Notes: a model not told the origin generated them from the sequence alone. Shown: positions 1 to 10,857, counted from the stretch's first letter. The stretch is DNA of 64,000 bases from an uncultured Candidatus Rokubacteria bacterium (GCA_963758635.1 CAVWWD010000008.1:288001-352000); one strand, 5' to 3'. Program-made: numbers and translations.

Positions 1-300
1 GACGGCCGGCCGCGTGCCGGGACGGCGGCGGAGGAGACGCGGTGGGCGCTGGAGAACATCGCCACCATCCTCGCCGCGGCCGGCTCCTCGCTCGACCGCG
101 TCGTGCAGGTCACGCTCCTCATCACCGATCCCGCCGACTACCGCGAGATCAACGCCGAGTACGTCACGCATTTCCCCCGCGGGCTGCCCGCGCGCCACAC
201 CGCCCGCTTCGGCGTGCCCACCACCGCGAAGGTCGCCTTCTCGTGCATCGCGCTGGCCGCGCCGCCGGCGGAGAGCCAGGTGAGTGGCCGCCGCGCGTGA
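1..300 (+). CDS. RidA/YjgF family protein (5' end outside window)
   Basis: Frame 1 is open from base 1: ETRWALENIATILAAAGSSLDRVVQVTLLI...INAEY...PAR, a typical RidA pattern. Confidence 0.85.
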   Translation, partial: DGRPRAGTAAEETRWALENIATILAAAGSSLDRVVQVTLLITDPADYREINAEYVTHFPRGLPARHTARFGVPTTAKVAFSCIALAAPPAESQVSGRRA

Positions 301-313
301 CCGTTGGGGGGCG

Positions 314-344
314 GTCGGGGGGAGCGGCGGTCGCTCCCCCCGAC
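314..344. terminator. GC-rich hairpin between convergent genes
   Basis: GTCGGGGGGAGCG (314-326) pairs perfectly with CGCTCCCCCCGAC (332-344), 5-nt loop. Confidence 0.55.
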
Positions 345-392
345 GACGATAAACTCAATCAAATCACGGCCTGAACCAGGCGCTCCCGAAGA

Positions 393-785
393 TCACGTAG
401 GCTTGCGGACGATCTTCTTGAAGTAGCTGTCCTTCCGGGTGACGAGGCCGTCGTGGAACTCGAACAGGTCGCAGCCCTTGACGCGGATCGCGCGGCCCTT
501 GGCCGTGGTGCCCACGCAGGTCCACTCCGACGTGCCGCGGTCGCCGGCCACCCAGCGGCTCGCGTCCACGAACTGGACGTCGCCCACCGCGCTGAACAGC
601 GCCTCGAGGGCCTTCCGGATCTCGACCTTGCCCTGGAAGCGCTCACCCCACGGGTCCGGCCCCTCGGTGATGTCGAAGATGCCGTCCTCCGTGAAGCAGT
701 CGAGGATGCCGTCCACGTCGTGGCGGGCGAATCCCGCGCTGAGCCGGTCCATCATCGCCAGGTTCCGCGTCTCCCGGTCGTCCAT
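393..785 (-). CDS. SnoaL-like / NTF2 family protein
   Basis: 130 aa with F..HDVDGILDCFTEDG and GCDLFEF.DG.V.RKDSY; GGAGG RBS upstream. Confidence 0.85.
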   Translation of the reverse strand: MDDRETRNLAMMDRLSAGFARHDVDGILDCFTEDGIFDITEGPDPWGERFQGKVEIRKALEALFSAVGDVQFVDASRWVAGDRGTSEWTCVGTTAKGRAIRVKGCDLFEFHDGLVTRKDSYFKKIVRKPT

Positions 786-796
786 CGATCCCTCCG

Positions 797-887
797 AGTC
801 GTCAAGACATGCGGTTTTCGACTTCGCCGTGCGGGCGACACCGCGATTCCGCGTACACGCGCGGTGCGGTCCCGCCGGTCATTCACG
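797..887 (-). repeat. Interspersed repeat family A, diverged copy
   Basis: Reverse complement reads GTGAATGA...GTGTACGCGGAATCGCGGTGTCGCCCGC...CCGCATGTCTTGACGAC, alignable to the copies at 14814, 21404 and 32391. Confidence 0.75.
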
Positions 888-899
888 ATCCCTCCCGCG

Positions 900-2075
900 T
901 CACTTGTCGTTGGCGAGCACGAGCGTGCCCGCGGCCGAGAGCATGCCGCCCATGCCGTTGACGAGCGAGGTCCGCACGTTGGGGACCTGGCGGGCGCCGC
1001 ACTCGCCACGGAGCTGCCGCGTGGCCTCGATGATGGGGAAGATGCCGTACATGCCGCTGTGGGTGTAGGAGAGGCCGCCGCCGTTGGTGTTGATGGGCAG
1101 GCTGCCGCCCGGGTTGGAGCGGCCGGGCTCGAAGAAGCTCACGCCCTCGCCGGGCTTGCAGAAGCCCAGCGCCTCCAGCATGAGCGGCGGGCCGGAGGTG
1201 AAGGCGTCGTAGAGCATCACGTGCTGGAAGTCCTTCGGGGTGACGCCGGCCATCGCGAACGCCTTCTCGCCGGACAGCCGCGTGGACTCGCTGCGCGTGA
1301 GGTTGCGCATCTGGGTCACCATGACGTGCTCGGTGGCCTCGCCGGCCCCGCGCACGTACACCGGCTTCTTGGCGCAGTCCTTCGCGCGGTCGGCCCGCGT
1401 CAGGACGACGGCGCCGCCCGCGTCGGTGACCAGGCAGATGTTCAGGAGGTTGAACGGGTAGCACACCGGCCGGGAGGCGAGGACGTCCGCCACCGTGATG
1501 GGCTCCTTGTTGCGCGCCTTCGGGTTGAGGGCGGCCCACTGCCGCGTGGACACCGCCACCTGCGCCCACTGCTCGAGCGTGGTGCCGTACTCGTGCATGT
1601 GGCGCGTGGTGATCATCCCGAAGTAGGTGGGGGCGCCGCCGAAGCCGAAGGGGATCTCGTACTGGCCGGTGAGGCTCGTGTCGCGCCGCGGGCTCACGCC
1701 CACGCCGGACCGGCCGGACTCGCCGTGGGACACCACCGCCACGTCGCACAGGTGATGGTGGAGCGCGGCCACCGCGTGGCCCACCATCATGATGAACGAG
1801 CAGCCGCCCACCGTGGTGCCGTCCACGTAGCGCGGGGTCACGCCGAGGGCCTCGCCGAGGAGCGAGGGCGGGTGCTGGCCCGCGGTGAAGATGCCGTCGA
1901 CGTCGCTCACCTTGAGGCCGGCGTCCCGCACGGCGTTGGTGATGGCCTCGAGGTGGAGCGTGAGCTGGCTCTTCCCGGGCAGCGTGCCGATCTCGTCCGA
2001 CTCGTCCACGCCCACGATGCAGGCGGTGTTGGAGAGCGCGCGCAGCTCCGCGGTGGGCTTCGTCGCGGGGCTCAT
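900..2075 (-). CDS. Thiolase-like protein (SCP-x/Ltp2-like clade)
   Basis: Start MSPATK overlaps the upstream stop (ATGA). Motifs GGCSF, CLVTDAGGA, LYDAFT, NTNGGGLSYTH. Confidence 0.9.
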   Translation of the reverse strand: MSPATKPTAELRALSNTACIVGVDESDEIGTLPGKSQLTLHLEAITNAVRDAGLKVSDVDGIFTAGQHPPSLLGEALGVTPRYVDGTTVGGCSFIMMVGHAVAALHHHLCDVAVVSHGESGRSGVGVSPRRDTSLTGQYEIPFGFGGAPTYFGMITTRHMHEYGTTLEQWAQVAVSTRQWAALNPKARNKEPITVADVLASRPVCYPFNLLNICLVTDAGGAVVLTRADRAKDCAKKPVYVRGAGEATEHVMVTQMRNLTRSESTRLSGEKAFAMAGVTPKDFQHVMLYDAFTSGPPLMLEALGFCKPGEGVSFFEPGRSNPGGSLPINTNGGGLSYTHSGMYGIFPIIEATRQLRGECGARQVPNVRTSLVNGMGGMLSAAGTLVLANDK

Positions 2076-2512
2076 CGGGCGCCCCTCGGCTGGAACAAGG
2101 GCAGCGTGACCTCGTCGGTCAGCTTCGAGTAGACGATCTCCACCGGCATGTCGCAGCGGATCTTCTTCGGGTCGGGCTCGACGTTGACGAGGTTCGAGAG
2201 CATGCGGGGCCCTTCCTCCAGCTCCACCATGGCGAGCACGTAGGGCGGCTTCACCTTGAAGGTGCGGCTGATGGTCTGGTAGGCGATCTCGAAGGAGTAG
2301 AGCGTGCCGCGCCCGCTCGCCTGCATCCAGCCGACGTTGCGCGACTGGCAGTGCGGGCAGACGATGCGCGGGTAGAAGAACGGGCGGCCGCAGTCGCCGC
2401 ACTTCGGGATCATCAGCTTGCCCTCGCGCAGGCCGTCCCAGAACGGCTTGGACTCCGGCGTGATGGGCGCGGGCAGCGGGCGCTCGAGCTCGGCGGGACT
2501 CTTCTCGGGCAT
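2072..2512 (-). CDS. Zn-ribbon / OB-fold (DUF35, ChsH2-like) protein
   Basis: CGDC...CPHC zinc ribbon, G.LYSF, PY..A.VELEEGPR; translationally coupled to the thiolase-like gene. Confidence 0.9.
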   Translation of the reverse strand: MPEKSPAELERPLPAPITPESKPFWDGLREGKLMIPKCGDCGRPFFYPRIVCPHCQSRNVGWMQASGRGTLYSFEIAYQTISRTFKVKPPYVLAMVELEEGPRMLSNLVNVEPDPKKIRCDMPVEIVYSKLTDEVTLPLFQPRGAR

Positions 2513-2666
2513 CGGGATCCTTTCTGCGCTCCACGCGAACGGGGAGCGGATGATGCGACCTTGACCGGTTTCTCTTCCGGCCGGTAGCATACCCGCGGGC
2601 GAGGGCGGGAGACAAGGCCGCGAGCGCGCGGCGCGCGATCCCCGTCGCTCGCGAAAGGAGCTTCTC

Positions 2667-4636
2667 ATGGCGGCGACGGCGTTCGAGATCGAGCGGCGGG
2701 AGACCGTGCTGGGCGGGCGCGCCTTCGGCGCGGGCGGGGCCTACGAGCGGGTGGTGGGCGTGCTCCGCTTCGCCGTGGACCCCGAGCGCGCGTCGCACGC
2801 GCCTGATCACGGACCTCGCCACGGCGCCGCGGAACGCCGCGGGCAAGGTCGAGTTCTGGGCCGACGCGTACGTGCTCCAGCCCGTGGACGCCGCGCGCGG
2901 CAACCGGCGGCTGCTCCTGGACGTGCCGAACCGCGGCCGGAAGATCGCGCTCGGCATGTTCAACGGCACGGCGGGCGTGCCCGAGCCGACCGAGCCGGAG
3001 CACTTCGGCAACGGCTTCCTGATGCGCCACGGCTACACGGTGGCGTGGGTGGGCTGGCAGCACGACGTGCCGCGCCGCGACGGCCTCATGGCCATGGCGC
3101 CGCCGGTGGCGCGCGGCGTCGCGGGCCGCGTGCGGTGCGAGTGGCGGCCGAACCTCCCCGCCGACGTGCTCCCGCTCGCCGACCGCTACCACATCCCGTA
3201 CGCCGCCGCCGACCTCGACGACCCCGACGCGCACCTCACGGTGCGCGCGGACGCCGGCGCCGCGCCCGTGGCGGTGCCCCGCCAGGCGTGGCGGTTCGCG
3301 CGCCGCGAGGGCGATCGCGTGGCGCCCGACGCCTCGCACATCCACATGCCCGGCGGGTTCACGCCGGGGAAGATCTACGACCTGGTGTACCGCGCGCAGG
3401 ACCCGCCGCTGGTCGGGCTGGGGTTCCTCGCCGTGCGCGACACCGCGTCGTTCCTGCGCTGGGGCGCCGCGGCCGCGGGCAACCCCGCGGCGGGTCGCCT
3501 CGACCGCGCGTACGTCTTCGGCGTCTCGCAGAGCGGGCGGTTCCTGCGCCACCTGCTGTACCTGGGCCTCACCGAGGACGAGGAGGGCCGCGAGGCGTTC
3601 GACGCCGTGGTGCCCCACGTGGCGGGCGCGCGGCGCGGCGAGTTCAACATGCGCTTCGGCCAGCCCTCGCTGAACGCGGTGGAGAGCGCGGGGAGCCTCT
3701 TCCCGTTCACCGACGACGACCAGAGCGATCCCGTCTCCGGCGCGCGCGGGGGGCTCCTCCGCCGGCTCGGCGCGCGCGGCCGCGGGCCGAAGATCGTCAC
3801 GATCAACACGTCGGCGGAGTACTGGCGCGGCGATGGGTCGCTCGTGCACACGGACGTGGAGGGCCGCCTGGACGTGACGCCGCCCGCCTCGGTGCGCGCG
3901 TACCTCTTCGCGGGCTGCCAGCACACGCCGGGCGCGGTGCCGCCGATCGACACCGATCCGAACACCGGCGCGCGCGGCCTGCAGACGTTCGGCACCGTGA
4001 CGTACGGGCCACTGCTCCGCGCGGCGCTCGTCAACCTGGACCGCTGGGTGAGCGAGGGCGTCGAGCCGCCGCCGAACGCGGTGCCCCGCATCGCCGACGG
4101 CACCGCGGTGACCGCGGAGTCCACCGCCCCCGTCTTCACCGCCATCCCCGGCGTCCGGTTCCCCGATCGCATCTCGCGGCCGGCGCGCCTGGACTTCGGG
4201 CCGGACCTGGAGGACAAGGGCATCGCGAGCGCGCTGCCCCCGAAGGTGGGCGCGCCGTACCCGAGCCTCGTCGCCGCGGTGGACGCGGACGGCAACGAGG
4301 TCGCGGGGCTCCGCCCGCCCGAGCTGCTCGCCCCCCTCGCGACCCACACGGGCTGGAACCTCCGCCATCCCGACCAGGGCGCGCCCGGCGACCTCATGAG
4401 CATGGTGGGCTCCACGCTGCCGTTCCCGCTCACGCGCGCCGACCGCGAGCGCACGCGCGACCCGCGCGCGTCGCTGGAGGAGCGCTACGGCTCGCGCGCG
4501 GCGTACCTGGCGCGCGTGGGGGAGGCGGTGGCGCCCGCGGTGGCCGCCCGGCATCTGCTCGCCGAGGACGTGGAGGCCATCGTGGAGCGGGCCGGTGCAG
4601 CTCTGGGACGTGCTGCACCGGGGCCTCAGAGGCTAG
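2667..4636 (+). CDS. Alpha/beta hydrolase domain protein (frameshifts near 2805 and 4595)
   Basis: N-terminus in ORF 2667, body in ORF 2872; nucleophile elbow GVSQSG; VDADGNE.AG motif; stop TAG at 4634-4636 after the last shift. Confidence 0.8.
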
Positions 4637-4641
4637 CCCGC

Positions 4642-5745
4642 ATGCCCAGGCGCCCGCTCACCGTCGGTGTCGTCGGGCTCGGCTACGGCCGCGCCCACAT
4701 CCCCGGATTCCAGGCCAACGGCTGCGAGGTGGTCGCGGTCTGCCAGCGCGCGGAAGCGACCGCCCGCTCGGTGGCCGAGCGCTACGGCGTGGCCGGCGTC
4801 TTCACGCGCTGGGAGGAGATGCTCGAGAAGGCGCGGCCCGACATCGTCGTGATCGCCACGCCGCCGTCCTCGCACCTGCCCATCGCCACGGCGGCGTTCG
4901 CCCGGGGCGCGCACGTGCTGTGCGAGAAGCCGCTCGCGATGTCGCGCGGCCGAAGGGCGCGACATGGTGCGCGAGGCGAACCACAGCGGACGGATCGGGA
5001 TGACCGGGTTTAACTGGCGGTTCCCCGCCGCGATGCAGCGCTTCCACGCCATGGCCGAAGCCGGGCATCTCGGACGGCTCTTCCACGTGGGCGCGCGCTG
5101 GCTCGGCGCGCGCTGGGCCGACGAGACCGCGCCGGTCACGTGGCGGATGGACCGGGCGTCGGCCGGTCACGGGGCGATGGGTGACATGGGCGTGCACGTG
5201 ATCGACATGGTCCGCTGGAGCTTCGGCGAGTTCGTCCGCGTGGCGGCCAGCGGCGGCCGGGCGCACGACTGGCAGGGCGTGCCCGGGGGCAAGCCCGCCG
5301 ACACGGAGGACTTCTGCTCGGTGCTCGGCGTGCTCGCCTCGGGCGCGCAGGTCACGGTCCAGGTGAGCCGGGCCGCGCGCGGGCGAGGGGAGCACTCGAT
5401 CGAGGCCTACGGCAGCGCGGGCGCCCTCGAGTACCGCCTGGACCGGTCGGCGCCCGCGCTGGTACCGCGGCGAGCTGCGCGCGGCGGGGACGAGCGGAGG
5501 CCTCGCGCCCGTCGCGACGCCCGCGGGACTGCCGCGCGCGGCTGGCGAGGGCGACCCCAGCGACGTCATCGGGCAAGACCACGATCGCGCCGCTGGTGAA
5601 GCGCTTCCTCGCCGCGATCAGGAAGGGCGAGCCCGCGTCGCCCTCGCTGGAGGACGGGCTCCGCGCCCAGGCCGTGCTCGATGCCGTCCTCGAGGCGGAG
5701 ATGCGCGGGGGCTGGGTCGAGGTGAAGGACCCGTTGCCGGCGTGA
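4642..5745 (+). CDS. Gfo/Idh/MocA oxidoreductase (frameshifts near 4950 and 5455)
   Basis: VGVVGLGYG, HVLCEKPLA, GAMGDMGVHVID; C-terminal PSLEDGLRAQAVLDA. Confidence 0.85.
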
Positions 5746-5803
5746 CTCGCGGACGCCGCGGGCCGTCCCGCCGCGCGGCGCCGACACCCCGCTCGCCAAG
5801 GAG

Positions 5804-5832
5804 TTGACATGGCCGCACGTTGCGCATACTAA
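5804..5832 (+). promoter_or_regulatory. Possible sigma70 promoter of the ABC operon
   Basis: Perfect TTGACA at 5804; imperfect -10 (CATACT/TACTAA) 15-17 nt downstream. Confidence 0.35.
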
Positions 5833-5946
5833 GGGAGCGATTGTCCGGGCCGGCGCCGACGCCGGCGTCCACGCACAAGGAGGTGAGACGAGCGCGCGAG
5901 TTCCCCTACTTGGCCCCGAGACCTCCCGACAACACGGAGGCCCTCC

Positions 5947-7260
5947 ATGGATCGGACCGCTCCCCGTAGCATCGCTCGTCGCCGCTTCCTCCGCACCGCC
6001 GGTGGCACCACGGCCGGGATGGTCTCCTGGCTCGCCCTCGGCAAGCCCCCCGCGTTCGCGCAGAAGCGGGAGCTGACGTTCCTGTCCTGGAACCACTTCG
6101 TCCCCGCCGCGGACGACGAGCTCCGCAAGCAGGCCGAGGCCTTCAGCAAGGCCAACAACTGCACGGTGCGCGTGGACACGATGGCGCACCTGCAGATGCC
6201 GGCGAAGATCGCCGCCGAGGCCCAGTCGCAGTCCGGCCACGACATGTACCGGACGGCCAGCGCCGACCCGTTCCTCTACGAGAACCTGCTCGTGTCGATG
6301 GACGACCTCGTGGCGAAGCTTGGCACGCAGGGAGGTGGCTGGTACCCCTTCGCCGCCGAGAGCTGCCAGACGAAGTCGGGCTGGAAGGCGATCCCGTGGT
6401 TCTGGGTCTCCTTCCCGGGCACCTACAACATGGCCCACTTCAAGAAGGCGGGCTTCGAGCATCCTCCGAAGACGTGGGACGAGCTCCTGAAGATGGGCAA
6501 GGTGCTCAAGAAGCAGGGCAACCCGATCGGGATCCCGATCAGCCACTGCTCGGACGCACACTCCACCTACTGGTCCGTCGCGTGGTCGCAGGGCGCCAAG
6601 GTGCTCGAGGCGGACGGCAAGACGCCGGCCATCGTCTCCGACAAGACCGCGCAGGTCATCGAGTGGTACAAAGAGCTCTACAAGGACGCGATGGAGCCGG
6701 AGGTCCTCTCCTGGGACGACGCGGGCAACAACCGCTTCCTCCTGTCCGGCAAGGGCGCCTGGATCCACAACCCGGTCAGCCCCTACAACGCAGCCCTCGC
6801 CAACAAGCAGCCCATCGCCGACGACATCAACCATCACAACAGTCCCGGCGGGCCGGCGGGCACCCACTCCGCCCCCCCGCAGCTCAGTCTGGGCATCTGG
6901 AAGTTCTCGAAGAACCAGGAGCTCGCGAAGGACTTCATCGCGTACCTGTTCCAGAAGCAGAACTACGACGCCTGGATCGTGGCGTCCAACGCCTTCAACC
7001 ATCCGCCGCTCAAGAACATGGCGGACCATCCCATCTGGGCGCGGAACCCGAAGTTCGCCATGCTCCCGAAGGAGGCGGAGTACGCGCATCCGCGCGGCTG
7101 GCCCGCCAAGCCGAACGAGGCGGTGCAGCGCATCGACGACAACTACATCATGACCGACATGGTCGCGAAGGCCGTCAACGGTATGCCGGCCAAGCGCGCG
7201 ATGGACTGGGCGCAGGAGCAGATCGCGCTCGCGGTGAAAGGCCAGCTGAAGGTCGGGTAG
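5947..7260 (+). CDS. ABC transporter substrate-binding protein (carbohydrate/CUT1-type), Tat-exported
   Basis: RRRFL twin-arginine signal; PKTWDEL and WDDAGNNR motifs; followed by two permeases. Confidence 0.9.
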   Translation: MDRTAPRSIARRRFLRTAGGTTAGMVSWLALGKPPAFAQKRELTFLSWNHFVPAADDELRKQAEAFSKANNCTVRVDTMAHLQMPAKIAAEAQSQSGHDMYRTASADPFLYENLLVSMDDLVAKLGTQGGGWYPFAAESCQTKSGWKAIPWFWVSFPGTYNMAHFKKAGFEHPPKTWDELLKMGKVLKKQGNPIGIPISHCSDAHSTYWSVAWSQGAKVLEADGKTPAIVSDKTAQVIEWYKELYKDAMEPEVLSWDDAGNNRFLLSGKGAWIHNPVSPYNAALANKQPIADDINHHNSPGGPAGTHSAPPQLSLGIWKFSKNQELAKDFIAYLFQKQNYDAWIVASNAFNHPPLKNMADHPIWARNPKFAMLPKEAEYAHPRGWPAKPNEAVQRIDDNYIMTDMVAKAVNGMPAKRAMDWAQEQIALAVKGQLKVG

Positions 7261-7264
7261 CCCC

Positions 7265-8203
7265 ATGGCGGTCGAGCCTCGCGTTCTGGAGGCGGCCGGG
7301 CTCTCGAGCCCCGGCCGCCTCTCGCGGCTCCGCGAGTGGTGGGAGCAGGAGCACGTCTTCGGCTACGGCCTCATCGTGCCCGCCGTCGTCCTGCTCGCCA
7401 CCCTCGTCGCCTTCCCGTTCGGGATGGCGATCTACTTCAGCCTGTCCGACTACTGGGTCGGCTCCCCCGGCAGCTTCGTGGGGCTCGCGAACTACCGGGA
7501 CATCCTCGCCAACGAGACCTTCCGGCAGACCGTCCAGAACTCCTTCGTCTTCACGGGCATCGCGCTGACCTGCAAGATCGTGCTGGGGGTCTGGCTCGCG
7601 ATGCTGCTCGCCCGCAACATGCCGCTCAAGCGCGTGATCCGCGGGATCGTGCTCCTGCCGTTCGTCATTCCCACCGCGCTGTCGACGCTCGCGTGGCTCT
7701 GGATGTTCGACTCGCTCTACAGCGTCGTCAACTGGACGGCGATCCGGCTGCACCTGATCAGCGCGCCGGGCCCCAACTGGCTCGGGCAGTCCACCTACGC
7801 GATGGCCGCCGTCATCATCGTGAATGTCTGGCGGGGGCTCCCGTTCTTCGCGATCACCGTCCTCGCCGGCCTCATGGCCGTGCCCCGCGAGTACCTCGAG
7901 GCCGCCGAGGTGGACGGCGCGGGCTCCTGGGGACGCTTCTGGCACGTGACGCTGCCGCTGCTCAAGCCGGTCCTCGCCGTCGTGATCCTCTTCTCGACGA
8001 TCTTCACCTTCGGCGACTTCAACATCGTCCAGGTGCTGACGCGGGGCGGACCGATCAACACCACCCATCTCTTCGCCACGCTGGCCTATCAGGTCGGGCT
8101 CCAGGGCGGGAACCTGGGCCAGGGCGCGGCCATCTCGCTGTTCATCTTCCCGCTCCTCGCCCTCGTCGTCTTCTTCCAGCTGCGATCCCTGCGGAGGGAA
8201 TGA
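7265..8203 (+). CDS. Carbohydrate ABC permease (MalF-like)
   Basis: FVGLANY and EAA loop EAAEVDGA. Confidence 0.92.
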   Translation: MAVEPRVLEAAGLSSPGRLSRLREWWEQEHVFGYGLIVPAVVLLATLVAFPFGMAIYFSLSDYWVGSPGSFVGLANYRDILANETFRQTVQNSFVFTGIALTCKIVLGVWLAMLLARNMPLKRVIRGIVLLPFVIPTALSTLAWLWMFDSLYSVVNWTAIRLHLISAPGPNWLGQSTYAMAAVIIVNVWRGLPFFAITVLAGLMAVPREYLEAAEVDGAGSWGRFWHVTLPLLKPVLAVVILFSTIFTFGDFNIVQVLTRGGPINTTHLFATLAYQVGLQGGNLGQGAAISLFIFPLLALVVFFQLRSLRRE

Positions 8204-9063
8204 GTGTGACCATCGCGCGAAGCCGCAACGCACGGATCCGGTCCATGATCTTCGGGTACGCGAATCTCGCGCCGTACGTCTTCTTCGTCCTGTTCCCGTT
8301 CTATTTCATGGTGGTGACCTCGTTCAAGTCGAACGCCGAGCTCTACAACCTCAAATCGATCCCGTTCTGGATCCAGACCGGGGCGATCTTCGATCACTAC
8401 GCGCTCCTGTTCCAGAAGACGGACTTCGTCACGTGGATGAAGAACAGCCTGCTCGTCGCGGTGGTGGCGACCACGGCCTCGGTCATCATCTCGATCCTGG
8501 CCGGGTACAGCCTGGCGCGCCTGCGCTTCCGCGGCGCCGGCTCGTTCGGCACCGCGGTCTTCGTCACCTACCTCGTGCCGCCGACCCTGCTCTTCCTCCC
8601 GCTCTCCCAGGTGGTGGTGTGGCTCGGGCTGGCCGACTCGGTTCTCGCCCTGATGGTGACCTACCCGACGTTCCTCGTGCCGTTCTGCACGTGGCTCCTC
8701 ATGGGGTACTTCCGCACGATCCCGCGGGAGGTCGAGGAGTGCGCGCTGGTCGACGGCGCCACGCGCATGCAGACGCTGTGGAGGGTGGTGCTGCCGATGG
8801 CGGTGCCCGGGATCATCTGCGCGGTCCTGTTCAGCTTCACGCTCTGCTGGAACGAGTTCACCTACGCGCTCACGTTCATCTCCCAGTCGGCGAACAAGAC
8901 CGCGGTGGTGGGCGTCACCTCGGACCTGATCCGGGGAGACATCTACTTCTGGGGCTCGCTGATGGCGGGGGCGTTGCTGGCGAGCATCCCGATCGTGATC
9001 GTCTACGTGCTCTTCCTCGACTACTACGTCTCCGGCCTCACCGCCGGGGCCGTGAAGGGCTAG
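8200..9063 (+). CDS. Carbohydrate ABC permease (MalG-like)
   Basis: ATGA overlap; EECALVDGA, WNEF, C-terminal GLTAGAVKG. Confidence 0.92.
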   Translation: MSVTIARSRNARIRSMIFGYANLAPYVFFVLFPFYFMVVTSFKSNAELYNLKSIPFWIQTGAIFDHYALLFQKTDFVTWMKNSLLVAVVATTASVIISILAGYSLARLRFRGAGSFGTAVFVTYLVPPTLLFLPLSQVVVWLGLADSVLALMVTYPTFLVPFCTWLLMGYFRTIPREVEECALVDGATRMQTLWRVVLPMAVPGIICAVLFSFTLCWNEFTYALTFISQSANKTAVVGVTSDLIRGDIYFWGSLMAGALLASIPIVIVYVLFLDYYVSGLTAGAVKG

Positions 9064-9076
9064 CGGCGGGCTTCGC

Positions 9077-9919
9077 TCACTCCGTGGGAAGGCCGAGCGC
9101 GGCTCGGAGCTGCGCCCGCATGGCACGTCCCTCGGACCACTGCCGGCCTCCGGTGAGGCCGCCGTCCACGACCAGGGCGTGGCCGTTGACGAAGCTCGCG
9201 TCGTCGCTGGCCAGCCACAGGGCGGCGTGCGCGATGTCGTCGGGCAGCCCCGAGCGCCGGAGGGGCTGAAAGCCGGCGAGCGCGCCCTTCATCACGTTCA
9301 CCGCCTGGTCGGCCGCCTCCGCGTCCATGCCGAGGGACTTCCCGAAGATCGGCGTGGCGATCCCGCCCGGGCAGATGCAGTTCACGCGGATCCCGCTCTC
9401 CCCCAGCTCCATGGCCACCGACTTCGTGAGCTGGATCACCGCCGCCTTGGCCGCGGAGTACACGTGGGGCCCGTACCCGGCGAGGAGGCCGGCCACGCTC
9501 GCGGTGCTGATGATGCTGCCCGCGGCGCGGGGCTTCATCACGGCGGCGGCGTGCTTCATGCCGAGGAAGACACCGCGGAGCAGCACGCCGATGCTCGCAT
9601 CGAAGCCCTCGGTCGGGATCATCTCGATGCTCCCGCCCACGCCCGCGTACCCCGCGTTGTTGAACATGCAGTCGAGCCGGCCGAACCGGTCGACGGCGCG
9701 GGCCACCGCGGCGCGCACGTCCGCCTCGCGGCTCACGTCGGCGTGGACGTACTCGGCCGCGTCGCCCAGCTCCTCGACGAGCCGCCGGCCCCGCTCGTCC
9801 TGCACGTCCGCCACGAGGACGCGGGCGCCTTCCGCGACGAACAGGCGAACGGTGGCGGCGCCGATGCCACTGGCCCCGCCCGTGATCAGCGCGGTCTTAC
9901 CGTCGAGTTTGCCCGACAT
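9077..9919 (-). CDS. SDR family oxidoreductase
   Basis: TGGASGIG, NNAG, YSAAK. Confidence 0.92.
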   Translation of the reverse strand: MSGKLDGKTALITGGASGIGAATVRLFVAEGARVLVADVQDERGRRLVEELGDAAEYVHADVSREADVRAAVARAVDRFGRLDCMFNNAGYAGVGGSIEMIPTEGFDASIGVLLRGVFLGMKHAAAVMKPRAAGSIISTASVAGLLAGYGPHVYSAAKAAVIQLTKSVAMELGESGIRVNCICPGGIATPIFGKSLGMDAEAADQAVNVMKGALAGFQPLRRSGLPDDIAHAALWLASDDASFVNGHALVVDGGLTGGRQWSEGRAMRAQLRAALGLPTE

Positions 9920-9951
9920 TTTTCCAGGTATCCCCGTTCAGGTGTTCGTCA

Positions 9952-10072
9952 CGCCGGTGACACCGCGCGTGTGCGGGCGGGCGCGGTGTGTTCTGGTTTC
10001 AGGATCTTCAGTCGGACTTGCGCCCGCGTGGGTGGCGTCGCGAGTGCACGCACACGCGCGGTGTCACCGGCG
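9952..10072. repeat. Perfect 24-bp inverted repeat, related to family A
   Basis: CGCCGGTGACACCGCGCGTGTGCG (9952-9975) is the reverse complement of 10049-10072. Confidence 0.8.
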
Positions 10073-10107
10073 GGGCCGAAGTTGGACGCCGATGCGTCGA
10101 AAAACGA

Positions 10108-10857
10108 TCAATGAAAATGCACCCCGCCGTCGATGTTCAGCACCTGTCCCGTGACGCTGTCGCCCTGGCAGAACGTCACGACCTGGCGCGCGATGTCGTC
10201 ACCGCTGGCCGCCCGCCGCAGCACCGCGCTCCGGCGCGCCACGTCCACCACCTCGGGTGGGATGCGCGCGGCCATGCGCGTGCCCTCGACGAGGCCGGGC
10301 GCCACGCAGTTGACCGTGATGTCGGGCGCCAGCGCCACCGCGAGGCAGCGGGTGAGGTGGATGAGCGCGGCCTTGCTCGACGCGTACGCGATGCTGCTGC
10401 CCGTGGGCCGGAGCCCGGCCACCGAGGCGATGTTCACGATGCGCCCGGCGCCCTGACGCCGCATGTGGCGCGCCGCCGCCCGCGAGAGCTGGAAGGGCCC
10501 GCGCACGTTGGTGTCGTAGACGCGGTCCCAGATCTCGGTGGTGAGGGCGTCGAGCTGCGGGAACGGGATGCCGATGTTCCACGCCGCGTTGTTGACGAGG
10601 ATGTCGAGCCGGCCCATCGCCCCCGCCGCCTCGTCGACGACGCGGTCGTTGGCCGCGGGGTCCGTCTGGTCGAGCTGGAACTCGCGGGCGCGGCGCCCGA
10701 GGGCCTGCACGGCCCCGCACGTCGCCGCGGCGCCGTCGCGGTTGCCGGTGTAGGCCACGGCGATGTCGGCCCCCGCGGCGGCGAGGGCCTTCGAGATGGC
10801 GGTGCCGAGGTCGCCGGAGCCGCCGGTGACCAGCGCGACGGTGCCCGTGAGGTCCAT
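10108..10857 (-). CDS. SDR family oxidoreductase
   Basis: TGGSGDLG, NNAA, YASSK. Confidence 0.92.
   Translation of the reverse strand: MDLTGTVALVTGGSGDLGTAISKALAAAGADIAVAYTGNRDGAAATCGAVQALGRRAREFQLDQTDPAANDRVVDEAAGAMGRLDILVNNAAWNIGIPFPQLDALTTEIWDRVYDTNVRGPFQLSRAAARHMRRQGAGRIVNIASVAGLRPTGSSIAYASSKAALIHLTRCLAVALAPDITVNCVAPGLVEGTRMAARIPPEVVDVARRSAVLRRAASGDDIARQVVTFCQGDSVTGQVLNIDGGVHFH

Noticed and set aside
2872..5013. Hydrolase-Gfo/Idh/MocA fusion
   Set aside because: A one-base shift near 4595 restores a stop at 4636, just before ATG 4642.
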